Assembly (NCBI GenBank): GCA_017541805.1
Contig: JAFXYK010000061.1
Span: forward strand, 5,674-69,673
Direction of reading: 5' to 3'
Source: Paludibacteraceae bacterium
Lineage (GTDB): Bacteria > Bacteroidota > Bacteroidia > Bacteroidales > Paludibacteraceae
DNA length: 64,000 nucleotides
The translations under genes were made by a program, and so were the position numbers. The notes beneath the pieces were generated by a model. The model searched no databases and was not told the origin of the DNA. It worked only from the letters and a program-made list of their open reading frames with translations. Positions 54,155 through 64,000 of this stretch are shown piece after piece. How positions within the stretch are numbered: the first letter of the stretch is position 1; each line of letters opens with the position of its first letter.

Positions 54155-55755
54155 TCGCTTTTGCTACGGTCTTACCGGCCATCGTTCCTGCTTTCCCCGG
54201 TGCCGAAGGATTCGGTAAATATACCACCGGCGGTCGCGGCGGTAAAGTGGTGTATGTGACTACTTTGGCGGATGACGCCAATGGTGATACGGAAGGATCA
54301 CTTCGTTGGGCGATGAAGCAGTATCCGGACGATCCGCTGACGGTTTGTTTTGCAGTGACAGGAGAGATTCGCTTGGTGAAGGACCTGCGTATCAACCGCA
54401 AAAACTACACGATTGCCGGACAAACAGCGCCCGGTGTGGGAATCGTTATTACGCATAATAAGGTGAACTGCGGTGGATCGGAGAACTTCATCATCCGCAA
54501 TATCCGTTTTCGGGTAGGAAACGAGGATGCCGCCGGCAACTTCTGCAAAGAGAATGCTTTCGGCGCAGAGAACTGCTCGAACTTCATCCTGGATCACTGT
54601 GATTTCGGATGGTCTGCAGAAGAGAACATCAATACGTTCGACAGCCATTTCTTCACGGTGCAGTATTGTATTGTGCACGAAGGCCTATATGACTCCGGTC
54701 ACCCGAAGGGTGCGCGCGGATACGGCTGTCAGTGGGGTGGTTCGCCGGCCAGTTACCATCATAACCTGTTAGCACATAACAATGGCCGTTCCTGCCGTTT
54801 CAACGGTGCGCGGAACAATGACCGTGTCGTGTACCTGGATTACATCAATAATGTGAATTTCAATTACTACGGCGGTAGCAGCGGTTGTCACGGAGGAGAG
54901 AACACCTGCGATGAAAAGTACTATAACGGCAAGAACTCCGGGCATGAGGTTAATTTCGTGAATAACTATTATATCAAGGGTCCGAATACAACCAACACCC
55001 GTCTCTTCGTGGTAGCTGATCTGCAGCGCAGCGGTGCTACCAGTAGAGGTCCAAGTCGATGGTATATTAACGGCAATATCTTTGACGGCGAGCCGTCTGC
55101 GACGGAGGATAACTGGAGCGCAGTGACCATCAAGACCTACACGAAAGAGGAGGCGCGTGTGGATACGTTGATTCGAACGAAAACACCGTATTGGGATTGC
55201 AATGCGGATTCTACGGAGTTTTCCGGTCTGTATGATTTCGATGACTTGGCTTATGCGGCAAGTATGTTTGAAACGGCAGAACAGGCCTATCAGACGGTAT
55301 TGGATACTGTAGGTGTCTTCCCGCGCGACCATGTAGAGAAACGTATCATCGAGGAGACGCGGACTAATACGTACACCTACAGCGGCTATAAGTCCAAAAA
55401 GAAAGGCATCATTGATGTCCCCTCCGACGCCGAGGGTTTCTATGCCTATACAGAGGTAGCGCCGTTGGTAGATACTGATCAAGACGGCATGCCGGACGAG
55501 TGGGAGATTGCGAATGGATGCAACCCGAATGTGGCGGATAACAACACGATGGATGGAAGCGGCTATACGATGTTAGAGTTATATCTGGACTTTGCGATGA
55601 CGCACAAAACACCGATGGATGATGGCTATCAAGACCATCAAGGAGTACAGAATACAGAATACAGAGTACAGACGCAAAAAATACTCCGCGACGGACAATT
55701 GTTCATCCAGCGCGGAGAAAAGATTTACACCTTACAAGGCTTGGAAATCCAATAG
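54091..55755 (+). CDS. Pectate lyase (PL1-like), secreted
   Basis: Signal peptide, then AFPGAEGFGKYTTGGRGGKVVYVTTLADD. A beta-helix body, a calcium-binding-like DTDQDGMPDEWEIANGCNPNVADNN segment and the shared C-terminal tail. Confidence 0.78.
   Translation: MYHSSCTKRFFVAATLCLSSLIAFATVLPAIVPAFPGAEGFGKYTTGGRGGKVVYVTTLADDANGDTEGSLRWAMKQYPDDPLTVCFAVTGEIRLVKDLRINRKNYTIAGQTAPGVGIVITHNKVNCGGSENFIIRNIRFRVGNEDAAGNFCKENAFGAENCSNFILDHCDFGWSAEENINTFDSHFFTVQYCIVHEGLYDSGHPKGARGYGCQWGGSPASYHHNLLAHNNGRSCRFNGARNNDRVVYLDYINNVNFNYYGGSSGCHGGENTCDEKYYNGKNSGHEVNFVNNYYIKGPNTTNTRLFVVADLQRSGATSRGPSRWYINGNIFDGEPSATEDNWSAVTIKTYTKEEARVDTLIRTKTPYWDCNADSTEFSGLYDFDDLAYAASMFETAEQAYQTVLDTVGVFPRDHVEKRIIEETRTNTYTYSGYKSKKKGIIDVPSDAEGFYAYTEVAPLVDTDQDGMPDEWEIANGCNPNVADNNTMDGSGYTMLELYLDFAMTHKTPMDDGYQDHQGVQNTEYRVQTQKILRDGQLFIQRGEKIYTLQGLEIQ
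55643..55670. repeat. Heptamer array, 4 units (GAGTACA GAATACA GAATACA GAGTACA), inside the pectate lyase gene
   Basis: Direct reading. It encodes VQNTEYRVQ. Confidence 0.85.
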
Positions 55756-56727
55756 TTAGCGATACTTGCTTTCGGTACAATCGCCGAGGAGCGATAGATA
55801 GGATTCATAGCGTGAGATCGCTATGGATCCTTTTATAATGGCTTCCTGTACGGCACAACCGGGTTCGTTGGTGTGGGTGCAGTTGCTGAAACGGCATTCA
55901 CGACTGACCGCAAAGATATCGCGGAAATAATGCGACACTTCCTCTTTCTCAAAATCGATGGACCCGAAGCCTTTGATACCCGGGGTGTCTATAATCCAAC
56001 CTTCGGTTGGGTTTATAGGTTTATTGGCTTCGCCGTTTATACTGTTAAGAGCGTACATCTCCGAGAAGGTGGTGGTGTGCATGCCTTTGTCGTGTGCGTC
56101 GGAGATCTTACCGGTACGCGTCATCTCGCGTCCGAAAAGGGCATTGAGAAGCGTCGATTTGCCGACACCCGAATTACCGGAAAGAAGGGTGGTTTGCCCT
56201 GCAAGCAGGGCGTTTATTGCTTCGCGTGTATTGCCTTCGGCGTTTAGATTTTTCGCACTGATAGCGAGTGTTTTATAGCCGATAGACTCGTATAAGGCAC
56301 GGAGATCGGCCAATTGTGCTAATTCTTCTTCGGTAAGCAAGTCAATCTTATTAAATATAAGTATCGCGCGCACGCGATAGGCCTCACAGGTAGCGAGGAA
56401 ACGATCGATGAAGGTAGTGGAGGTGACGGGATGGTTGACGGTGACGATGAGTGCCACCTGATCGATGTTCGCCGCCAGTATATGACTCTCTTTGCTGAGA
56501 TTAGTGGAGCGACGGATGATATAGTTCCGCCGCTCTTCTATCTCAATGATCCAGTTCGTGCCGTCGAGTAGGGTTTGTACTTCCACAAAATCACCCACCG
56601 CCACAGGATTGGTGCTGCGAATACCCCGGATGCGGAAATTACCTTTGATATGGCATTCCACATCCAAACCGTCGTTCATGCGAACGACGTAACTGCTACC
56701 CGTTGATTTAATGACTAAACCGCGCAC
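55756..56727 (-). CDS. rsgA: Ribosome small-subunit-dependent GTPase A
   Basis: [60 protein letters not shown] start. Confidence 0.92.
   Translation of the reverse strand: MRGLVIKSTGSSYVVRMNDGLDVECHIKGNFRIRGIRSTNPVAVGDFVEVQTLLDGTNWIIEIEERRNYIIRRSTNLSKESHILAANIDQVALIVTVNHPVTSTTFIDRFLATCEAYRVRAILIFNKIDLLTEEELAQLADLRALYESIGYKTLAISAKNLNAEGNTREAINALLAGQTTLLSGNSGVGKSTLLNALFGREMTRTGKISDAHDKGMHTTTFSEMYALNSINGEANKPINPTEGWIIDTPGIKGFGSIDFEKEEVSHYFRDIFAVSRECRFSNCTHTNEPGCAVQEAIIKGSIAISRYESYLSLLGDCTESKYR
56005..56046. repeat. 8-nt-periodic segment (GTTTATAG GTTTATTG GCTTCGCC GTTTATAC) inside rsgA
   Basis: Direct reading. On the sense strand it encodes [14 protein letters not shown] between HTT and DTPG. 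Confidence 0.65.
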
Positions 56728-56738
56728 CGATGAACCGG

Positions 56739-57302
56739 TTAAACCGTCATGATCTCTTTCTCTTTGGCTGCGTAGAGGGCTTCGACCTTTGCGATATACT
56801 TATCGTGGGTCTTCTGCATATCCTCTTCGGCGTCCTTCTCGATGTCTTCGCTCAAGCCGTTCTTAACGAGTTTCTTGAACTCCTCGATGGCATCGCGACG
56901 TGCGTTTCGGATAGACATCTTTGCCTCCTCCAACTCACCTTTGCACTGCTTACAGAGGTCACGACGACGCTCTTCGGTAAGCGGCGGCAGGATCAGACGG
57001 ATGGTCTCACCGTTATTCGACGGCGCCAGTCCGATATTCGAGTTGATAATCGCGCGCTCAATCTCACTGATCAGTTTCTTCTCCCACGGCGTGATAGCAA
57101 TGGTGCGAGCATCCGGAGTGGTGATCGTTGCGCAGTTAGCTAAGGGAGACATTGCTCCGTAGTAATCGACCTTAATCGGGTCCAAGATACGCGGGTTTGC
57201 TTTACCGGCGCGAATGTGCTGAAGGGTGTCGTCCAAGTGAGTGACAGCATTCTGCATTAACTCTTCAGCGGCAGATTCCAATAATTCAAGTTCGTCTTCC
57301 AT
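56739..57302 (-). CDS. frr: Ribosome recycling factor
   Basis: 187 aa: ..[19 protein letters not shown]....L...A.I..PDARTI.I.PWEK....IE.AI..SN.GL.P. Confidence 0.95.
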   Translation of the reverse strand: MEDELELLESAAEELMQNAVTHLDDTLQHIRAGKANPRILDPIKVDYYGAMSPLANCATITTPDARTIAITPWEKKLISEIERAIINSNIGLAPSNNGETIRLILPPLTEERRRDLCKQCKGELEEAKMSIRNARRDAIEEFKKLVKNGLSEDIEKDAEEDMQKTHDKYIAKVEALYAAKEKEIMTV

Positions 57303-57306
57303 ACTA

Positions 57307-58011
57307 TTAGGGTTTTACGAGAGTTCCAATAGCCTCTCCGTTAATAACTTTTTCTAAATTACCTACTTGGTCCATGTTAAAGACATAGATCGGCATGCCG
57401 TTCTCTTTGCACATGACAGTAGCTGTTTGGTCCATCACTTTGAGTCCGCGTGCGATCACTTCATCATAGGTGATCTCGGTGAACTTCGTGGCCGTCGGGT
57501 CTTTCTCCGGGTCGGCGGTGTAGATGCCATCTACACGCGTTCCTTTGAGCATGACGTCGGCTTTGATCTCCAGCGCACGGAGACTCGAACCGGTGTCCGT
57601 AGTGAAATAGGGTGCACCTGTTCCTCCGGCAAGGATGACCACGTTGCCTTTGTCCAGCAGTCGCTGTGCTTTAGCCGGGCTATAGAAGTCTCCGATCGGC
57701 TCCATACGGATGGATGTCAGTACACGAACGGGTTGACCAATGGCCTCGAGACCAGACTGTAACGCCAAAGCGTTAATGACCGTAGCTAACATGCCCATTT
57801 GGTCGCCCTTGACGCGGTCAAAACCTTTTTTTGCACCACTCAAACCGCGGAAGATATTACCTCCTCCGATGACGATGCCTATCTGGACACCTTTCTGTGC
57901 GATGGCTTTCACTTGCTCGGCGTATTGGTTCAGACGCTCTGTATCAATGCCGTAGCCTTGATTGCCTTGCAGACTCTCGCCGGATAGTTTTAATAAAATG
58001 CGTTTGTACAT
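57307..58011 (-). CDS. pyrH: UMP kinase
   Basis: From ATG 58011: [40 protein letters not shown]. The track's 14-codon extension runs through the repeat array. Confidence 0.94.
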   Translation of the reverse strand: MYKRILLKLSGESLQGNQGYGIDTERLNQYAEQVKAIAQKGVQIGIVIGGGNIFRGLSGAKKGFDRVKGDQMGMLATVINALALQSGLEAIGQPVRVLTSIRMEPIGDFYSPAKAQRLLDKGNVVILAGGTGAPYFTTDTGSSLRALEIKADVMLKGTRVDGIYTADPEKDPTATKFTEITYDEVIARGLKVMDQTATVMCKENGMPIYVFNMDQVGNLEKVINGEAIGTLVKP

Positions 58012-58016
58012 AATTA

Positions 58017-58044
58017 GATTTTCGATTTTCGATTCTCGATTTAA
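58017..58044. repeat. Heptamer array, 4 units (GATTTTC GATTTTC GATTCTC GATTTAA), at the gamma-CA stop / pyrH start junction
   Basis: Direct reading. It covers the stop at 58041-58043 and ends 5 nt from ATG 58011. In the sense orientation it reads TAAATCG AGAATCG AAAATCG AAAATC. Confidence 0.88.
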
Positions 58045-58565
58045 CGGTACCAACTTGCGTACATCGCGTAGTTATTGGCTATTTTTTTGTTTATCTCTGC
58101 TGTTTGTGCAGGGTCGGCTTTCTTGATGAATTTCGCCGGCACCCCTCCCCATATCTCGTGCGGGCCTATCTGCGTACCCTTGAGCACGAGTGCGCCTGCT
58201 GCTACTATCGCTCCTTCTCCTACATGCGCATCGTCGAGCAGGGTAGCACCCATACCTATCAGCGCGAAGTCATCTACGTCCGCTCCATGAATGGTGACAT
58301 TGTGTCCTACGGACACATAGTTACCCAGTTTGATGGTGGATTTTTGATAGAGGGTGTGCAGCACCGCGCCATCCTGGATGTTACAATGTTCACCAATGAC
58401 GATGGTGTTGACATCGCCGCGCAGCACAGAGTTAAACCAGAGGCTTGATCCTTCTCCCACCGTCACATCACCGACGACGGTGGCGTTCTCTGCCATGAAG
58501 ACGTCATCAGCGATGTGCGGGGTGAGGATCTCACCGTTTCTATTGATGGTTTTTATTAAAGCCAT
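58041..58565 (-). CDS. Gamma-carbonic-anhydrase-like hexapeptide-repeat protein
   Basis: FMAENATVVGDVTVGEGSSLWFNSVLRGDVN.I.IGE..NIQDGAVLH: left-handed beta-helix repeats. Confidence 0.82.
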   Translation of the reverse strand: MALIKTINRNGEILTPHIADDVFMAENATVVGDVTVGEGSSLWFNSVLRGDVNTIVIGEHCNIQDGAVLHTLYQKSTIKLGNYVSVGHNVTIHGADVDDFALIGMGATLLDDAHVGEGAIVAAGALVLKGTQIGPHEIWGGVPAKFIKKADPAQTAEINKKIANNYAMYASWYR

Positions 58566-58575
58566 AGATTTCCAG

Positions 58576-59325
58576 TTAACGAGCTGCGATGATGGCTAAG
58601 AATTTCTCTGCAACGAGGGCAGCGCCGCCAATCAGACCACCGTCGATATCCGGGCAAGCGAAGAGTTCAGCCGCGTTCTTCTCATTGCAGCTACCGCCGT
58701 AGAGGATGGTTGTATCTTCTGCAGCCGCTTTACCGTATTTCTCAGCTACGAGACCGCGGATGTAAGCGTGGATCTCCTGTGCCTGCGCCGGAGTAGCGGT
58801 CAGACCGGTACCAATTGCCCATACGGGTTCGTAAGCCAGTGTGATGTTCTTCCACTCCTCTGCGGTCAGACCGAAGACAGAACCCTCAAGTTGTGCTTTT
58901 ACCACTTCGTTCTGCTTGCCTGCTTCACGCTCTTCCTTTACTTCACCGATGCAGAAGATCACTTTCAGACCGTTAGCCAAAGCGAGGCGTACTTTCTCAG
59001 CCAGCATCTCATAGCTCTCTGCATAGTACTGACGACGCTCCGAGTGGCCCAAGATGACATATTCAGCGCCGGTGGATTTAACCATCTCAGCACTTACTTC
59101 ACCCGTGTATGCGCCCTTCTCATGGTCTGCGCAGTTCTCCGCTGCCACTTTGATAGGCGAGCCTTTGAGCAACTCAGCTACGGTAGCCAAGTGAATAAAC
59201 GGCGTGCCGATCACTACGGCGCAATTCGGGTTCTTAACAGCTTCTTTCAACTCGGTAGCCAAAGCTACACCTTCTTGCAGGTTCTTGTTCATTTTCCAGT
59301 TACCTGCTACCATTCTTGTTCTCAT
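58576..59325 (-). CDS. tpiA: Triose-phosphate isomerase
   Basis: From ATG 59325: [31 protein letters not shown]. The track start at 59337 is a TTG. Confidence 0.95.
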   Translation of the reverse strand: MRTRMVAGNWKMNKNLQEGVALATELKEAVKNPNCAVVIGTPFIHLATVAELLKGSPIKVAAENCADHEKGAYTGEVSAEMVKSTGAEYVILGHSERRQYYAESYEMLAEKVRLALANGLKVIFCIGEVKEEREAGKQNEVVKAQLEGSVFGLTAEEWKNITLAYEPVWAIGTGLTATPAQAQEIHAYIRGLVAEKYGKAAAEDTTILYGGSCNEKNAAELFACPDIDGGLIGGAALVAEKFLAIIAAR

Positions 59326-59342
59326 AAAGTTATTCAATTTTA

Positions 59343-60539
59343 TTATAGTTGTTTCATATTATGTTTTTCTTTCACCACTCCGTTTTGGAGCACCACTACG
59401 CCCGGATTGGCGCGTACGATGGTCTTCAACGGCGTTTTATCATTCATCAGGAATGCTTCCGGTCCCAGTTCGTTCTCTTCAGCAAAAGCATCGATCTCAT
59501 CGTAGGTGGAGCCTGTGACGATATAGCACAGTTCGCCGTTAGCGATCTTCGCTTTATACAGTTCAATCGCTCGGTCTGCTTGTTTGCGGTCACGTTTATT
59601 GAGATCGTACATGATGATAAGTGTGACGGGCTCTTGCTCCATCAAGATATCGTATGTCATATCATCGCCATCGTAGTTCCACAAGACGAAATCCGTGATG
59701 GTCGGTTCCTTACCTGGATCTAAGATGCGTGTCTCCTGGTATTTGAATGTCCAAGTGCTGTCACCATTGAGGTCCGGTCTCTCTCCATAAAGGAACTCCT
59801 TCAACTCGCCCTCTTTCTCAAACGTGTAGAAGACATCAATCTTCGGCGCAACACCGTCTTCCATCAACTCCATGATGTTGTTTCCTACCTTATACGGCCG
59901 GAAATCAATGATGGGCAGGTGAGTATAACTATATCCCATTATGCCTGCCGCCGTGCCAAGCGCTACGAGTGCGATACATAGTTCCACCCACCAAATAAAG
60001 AGTTGCGGTATGGCTTTTCTGCACAGGACAAGGATGATGGCCAGTACCAGCAGGATGACATTCTTCCGGAAAGTCTGCCAGTTGGTGATGACTATCGCGT
60101 CTCCGAAACAACCGCAATCCGAGACAGGATTGGCGATCGCTATATAGAGGGTGATCGGCGTCATAATGAGGTAGAAGACCAATGTAGCCCAAGACGTGAA
60201 GCGTGTACGCACGTTGAAGAGCATCGTGATACCCAGCAGCAGTTCGGTAGCGATCAGGATGACCGCCAAAGCACCGGCTCCAGGGATGAAGAAGGAGAAG
60301 AAACTATGCAGTCCGTTCATCCCGCCTTCCAAAGCGGCTAAGGAGAATGCCTCGAGATAGTCTTCGATTTTATACACCGTACCGAGCGGGTCCACGGCTT
60401 TCACAAAACCGGAGAAGATGAAAACCAGTGCGAGTAGGGTACGGCTGATAGAGCCGATAACATGCAGGATCTTCATCGTCTGATAGTGCTCCAGTTTGGG
60501 AATCCGGAAGTTAATATGTGGGAGTTTAAATCTCTTCAT
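59343..60539 (-). CDS. DoxX/MauE-type membrane protein with a C-terminal thioredoxin-like domain (BT_3928-like)
   Basis: [26 protein letters not shown] and 4-5 TM helices, then a soluble domain. The start is uncertain (an alternative ATG lies at 60476). Confidence 0.55.
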   Translation of the reverse strand: MKRFKLPHINFRIPKLEHYQTMKILHVIGSISRTLLALVFIFSGFVKAVDPLGTVYKIEDYLEAFSLAALEGGMNGLHSFFSFFIPGAGALAVILIATELLLGITMLFNVRTRFTSWATLVFYLIMTPITLYIAIANPVSDCGCFGDAIVITNWQTFRKNVILLVLAIILVLCRKAIPQLFIWWVELCIALVALGTAAGIMGYSYTHLPIIDFRPYKVGNNIMELMEDGVAPKIDVFYTFEKEGELKEFLYGERPDLNGDSTWTFKYQETRILDPGKEPTITDFVLWNYDGDDMTYDILMEQEPVTLIIMYDLNKRDRKQADRAIELYKAKIANGELCYIVTGSTYDEIDAFAEENELGPEAFLMNDKTPLKTIVRANPGVVVLQNGVVKEKHNMKQL

Positions 60540-61065
60540 AGTGGATTAAATCAAATATCGCATAATTGATAATATCGAAATAATTGCCTTCCACTCCTTC
60601 GGAGGCAATGGTCTTACCGTCGTGCTCAATGATGGTCTTGATGCGTATTATCTTCGCGAGAATCATATCAACGATGCCTTCTTTTGACATCTCTCGCCAA
60701 GCCTCGCCATAATCATGGTTTTTGCGAACCATCAGTTCTTTCGCTTCGTTGAGAACTGCATCGTAGTGTTTGGTGGCCTCTTCATTGGTCATATCCACTG
60801 CGTCAGCAAAACCTTGGCGTGATTGAATGATGGCTGTAATACCATAGTTTACGATTGCGCGTAAGTTTCCCGGTATATCGTCGCCGACGAGGCTGACACC
60901 GGTCTCTTGGCGCTGGCGGATATTACATGCTTTGATGTACAGCTGGTCCGTAATTCCGTGCAGGCGGAAGATGCGCCAGGAAGGACCATAGTCGCTCATC
61001 TTATTGATGAAGATTGCGCGACATTTTGCTGTCACTTGGTCAAATTCTTTTACAGTATCGTGCAT
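60526..61065 (-). CDS. DUF1599-domain protein
   Basis: Two copies of the K..DYG..W motif ([11 protein letters not shown] and [11 protein letters not shown]). The family call is from memory. Confidence 0.6.
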   Translation of the reverse strand: MHDTVKEFDQVTAKCRAIFINKMSDYGPSWRIFRLHGITDQLYIKACNIRQRQETGVSLVGDDIPGNLRAIVNYGITAIIQSRQGFADAVDMTNEEATKHYDAVLNEAKELMVRKNHDYGEAWREMSKEGIVDMILAKIIRIKTIIEHDGKTIASEGVEGNYFDIINYAIFDLIHYEEI

Positions 61066-62357
61066 AATTGATCCAATGTTACTTGTTGTTGTTCTCCGGT
61101 AGCCATGTTCTTGAGCATGACTGTATTGGTCTCCATCTCATTCCCTCCGACGATAGCTACAAACGGAATTTGTTTGTCGTCTGCATAGCCAATCTGTTTC
61201 TTCATCTTGGTCGGTTCCGGGTACACTTCTACCGTTATATTACGTGCGCGCAGTTGTTTCGCCCAGCCGAGCGCATAATGCAATTCTGCGGCACCAAAGG
61301 TTGCGAAGAGGAGTTGCGTGGTAGATTGCAGTTCCTTCGGGAACAAATCCAACTCTGTCAACACATCGTAGATACGATCGGCACCGAACGAGATTCCGAC
61401 ACCGGATACGCCCGGAAGACCGAAGATGCCGGTGAGATTGTCATAGCGACCTCCACCGGTGATAGACCCTATTTGTGCATCGAGTGCTTTGACTTCAAAG
61501 ATGGCACCGGTGTAATAATTGAGTCCGCGCGCGAGGCAGAGATCCAATTCAATGGACAATTGACAATTGACAATTGACAATTCGTCATAGACGATCTCCA
61601 TTTCCTCCACACCTTTGAGACCGACTTCACTATTGGCTAAGATGGTCTTGAGGGCATTGAGTTTCTCGGCAGTCGTACCGCTGAGGTTGAGGATAGGTTG
61701 CAATTTAGCTACTTGTTCATCCGTGAGTCCGCGTTCGAGGAGTTCCGCATTGACGGCATCGATGCCGATCTTATCGAGTTTGTCAATGGCTACGGTGATA
61801 TCAATGATCATCTCCGGCGCTCCGATCACTTCGGCGATACCGGCCAGGATCTTGCGGTTGTTGATATGCAGGCAGACGTTGATGCCCAAGCGTCGATATA
61901 CCTCTTCTACGATCTGAATCAGTTCCAGTTCGCCCAGCAGGCTGTCAGAACCGATCACATCTACGTCGCACTGATAGAACTCACGGTAGCGACCTTTCTG
62001 CGGACGATCTGCACGCCATACAGGTTGAATCTGGAAACGCTTGAAGGGGAAAGAGATCTCCTCGCGGTGCTGCACGACATAGCGCGCAAAAGGAACAGTG
62101 AGGTCATAACGAAGACCTTTCTCCGGCGCAAGTGCTGCTTTCTCTCCGCTGTTTTGAATGCGGAAGAGCAGTTTGTCACCTTCTTCTCCGTACTTGCCCA
62201 TCAAGGTGCCGATATTCTCCATGGCCGGTGTCTCAATCTGCTGAAAACCGTATAAAGAGAACACACCTTTGATGGTATCAAAGATATAATTGCGACGCGC
62301 CATCTCCAATTGTCCAAAATCTCGCGTCCCCTTAGGTATACTTGGTTTTTGTGCCAT
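61050..62357 (-). CDS. hisS: Histidine--tRNA ligase
   Basis: [75 protein letters not shown]. Confidence 0.95.
   Translation of the reverse strand: MAQKPSIPKGTRDFGQLEMARRNYIFDTIKGVFSLYGFQQIETPAMENIGTLMGKYGEEGDKLLFRIQNSGEKAALAPEKGLRYDLTVPFARYVVQHREEISFPFKRFQIQPVWRADRPQKGRYREFYQCDVDVIGSDSLLGELELIQIVEEVYRRLGINVCLHINNRKILAGIAEVIGAPEMIIDITVAIDKLDKIGIDAVNAELLERGLTDEQVAKLQPILNLSGTTAEKLNALKTILANSEVGLKGVEEMEIVYDELSIVNCQLSIELDLCLARGLNYYTGAIFEVKALDAQIGSITGGGRYDNLTGIFGLPGVSGVGISFGADRIYDVLTELDLFPKELQSTTQLLFATFGAAELHYALGWAKQLRARNITVEVYPEPTKMKKQIGYADDKQIPFVAIVGGNEMETNTVMLKNMATGEQQQVTLDQLCTIL
61554..61588. repeat. Heptamer array (GGACAAT, TGACAAT x3, TCGTCAT) inside hisS
   Basis: Direct reading. The sense strand reads GAATTGTCAATTGTCAATTGTCAATTGTCC and encodes [10 protein letters not shown]. 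Confidence 0.9.
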
Positions 62358-63556
62358 TATTTAAAAATCTCCTTATAAATTTTGTCTGTTGTTCCTAATT
62401 CAGATGTCACATATTCGGCTGCTTTTGCGCCTAGCTCGACATGATTATTGAATGCGGTATCAAGCGCCGCTTCCAGTTCGCTATATTTTTTGATACTCCG
62501 GGCCGCTCCTGCATCTATCAGTTCTTTGGCTTCACGGAAATGTTCATAGTTAGGTCCGAAGAGAATCGGTTTGCCGTACACGGCTGCTTCAATCGTGTTG
62601 TGAATGCCGACTCCAAAGCCTCCTCCGATGTACGCTACCTGTCCGAAGGGGTAGGTGGCGGACAATAAGCCCATCGTGTCCACGAGTAGTATGTTCGCGT
62701 TTTGCAGGATATTTCGGCTGCTGATAGGCGATGAAGCATTGGTGATGGAGCTATAACGCACGAATGACCCTTTGAAGAGGTTGAAGATGAATTGCAGGTG
62801 TTTCTCCGTCAACTCATGCGGGACGAGGATCAACTTGGCTAACGGATCCTTGGCCATATATTTCTGCAGCAACACCTCATCTTTCGGCCAGGTGCTGCCG
62901 GCTACCAAGACGCGCTCGCATCCTTCTACAAACTGCGCGACCGGCGTCAGTCTCTCCCCATTGATTTTTCTTCCATTGGTCATCACGTCTGCCATGCGGT
63001 CAAAGCGTGTATCGCCTGCTACGGAGGCATTATGAACGCCGTGTTCCGCCAAGAGACGACGAGACGCTTCGTCTTGCACGAAGATATGCGTGAAGCGCTT
63101 GAGGATCCTCAGTTGGCTGTGTCCCCACCAACGGAAGAAGTACTGATGCTTGCGGAAGATGGCGCAGATACTGTACGTAGGAATCTGTTTTTTGCTTAAC
63201 TCGCGGATATATGCCGGCCAGAACTCATACTTGACGAAGATGGCCATGCTGGGTTGCAGCACTTTGATGAAGCGCTTGGCGTTCCGGCGAGTAGGTAAAG
63301 GCAGGTAATAGATGCCATCCGCCAGTTCGTAGTTCTTCCGCGCTTCGTAGCCGGAGGGAGAGAAGAAGGTGACCACTACTTTTCGCCTCGGGTTATTTGC
63401 CTTGAGCTTTTCAATGAGAGGTCTTGCCTGCTCGAACTCACCTACGGATGCCGCATGAAACCACACGGCACCGCAGTTCTGTTCCAAGAGCGCTATATGC
63501 TTCTTATCCAGCGTGGTGCGCTGTCCTTTCCAATATGCCTTGAACTTCTCTGACAT
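62357..63556 (-). CDS. waaA: 3-deoxy-D-manno-octulosonic acid (Kdo) transferase
   Basis: [54 protein letters not shown]. 1-nt stop/start overlap with hisS. Confidence 0.9.
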   Translation of the reverse strand: MSEKFKAYWKGQRTTLDKKHIALLEQNCGAVWFHAASVGEFEQARPLIEKLKANNPRRKVVVTFFSPSGYEARKNYELADGIYYLPLPTRRNAKRFIKVLQPSMAIFVKYEFWPAYIRELSKKQIPTYSICAIFRKHQYFFRWWGHSQLRILKRFTHIFVQDEASRRLLAEHGVHNASVAGDTRFDRMADVMTNGRKINGERLTPVAQFVEGCERVLVAGSTWPKDEVLLQKYMAKDPLAKLILVPHELTEKHLQFIFNLFKGSFVRYSSITNASSPISSRNILQNANILLVDTMGLLSATYPFGQVAYIGGGFGVGIHNTIEAAVYGKPILFGPNYEHFREAKELIDAGAARSIKKYSELEAALDTAFNNHVELGAKAAEYVTSELGTTDKIYKEIFK

Positions 63557-63559
63557 GCG

Positions 63560-64000
63560 TTATTTAAAGCAATAGCGAATACCGATATTGACGGAGTAGT
63601 CGAACAGACGTGCTCCCTTGTAGTCGGCGAACATAAGTGCATAGCCCGGACGGAAGTCAAAGGATACAGCGATAGGCGCATTTTTCATCTTGGCTTCCAC
63701 ACCTCCTGCGGCACCGATACCAAAGACACCCATGTGTACATTTCTTTCGAAATTAAAAGGCATCCATCCGAGTTTGAGTTGACCACCGGCATACCAGTTC
63801 AACGCCATGCCGTTCGTCTCTTTGATCAGTCCCTGATAGAGGAGGACGACATTATCCATCAAACCGGCATACGAGGAACGACCGTATTGTTCGGCCGTAC
63901 CACCGTCCGGACAGAAGAAATAACCCAACTCTTCTATCAAGCCGAAATGCTCGGTGAACATGAATTTGGCTTGCGCACCAATTCCTAAACCACCTACGAT
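63560..64000 (-). CDS. Outer-membrane beta-barrel protein, C-terminal part (N-terminus beyond the window edge)
   Basis: The frame stays open to the window end (..GGLGIGAQAKFMFTEHF..), with Gly/aromatic-rich alternating strands ending ..VNIGIRYCFK. Confidence 0.4.
   Translation of the reverse strand: MVGGLGIGAQAKFMFTEHFGLIEELGYFFCPDGGTAEQYGRSSYAGLMDNVVLLYQGLIKETNGMALNWYAGGQLKLGWMPFNFERNVHMGVFGIGAAGGVEAKMKNAPIAVSFDFRPGYALMFADYKGARLFDYSVNIGIRYCFK

Overview
This is a dense 64-kb chromosomal segment that looks like a Bacteroidota (Bacteroidales-like) genome. About 17 intergenic sites carry the phylum-typical promoter TTTG-N19/20-TAnnTTTG. Shine-Dalgarno sequences are essentially absent, and many genes encode lipoproteins or proteins of Bacteroidota-typical DUF families. 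About 63 protein genes and 2 tRNAs (Thr-CGT, Ser-CGA) are supported. Most are housekeeping: glyA, pgi, gpsA, lysS, hpf, gcvP, pheS, queH, ffh, folD, prfA, rsmE, valS, nadE, murB, murA, rlmB, rsgA, frr, pyrH, tpiA, hisS, waaA. I saw no rRNA, CRISPR array, IS element, transposase or integrase. Five things stand out. (1) A tightly coupled operon encodes queH, a small periplasmic repeat protein, a VTC-type polyphosphate-polymerase domain protein, a DUF4956-type membrane protein and a DUF2490-type outer-membrane barrel. It may be an uncharacterised envelope polyphosphate system. (2) glf is embedded in a GtrA / GT2 / GT-C periplasmic glycosylation operon. (3) Degenerate tandem arrays with 7-, 8- or 11-nt periodicity are pervasive. 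Seven sit immediately 5' of start codons and cover stop/start junctions. Others sit in frame inside conserved genes (rsgA, an RluA-family gene, hisS, glf, dsbD and more). (4) A visibly A+T-richer islet (about 44.5-49.4 kb) carries an orphan RhuM-Doc/Fic fusion, a BspA-type LRR protein and a WG-repeat protein. (5) Three secreted proteins share a ~25-aa extreme C-terminal tail, and a dispersed terminator hairpin family is fused to promoters. All family names come from reading the translations and from memory. No database search was run, and start codons were chosen by eye.
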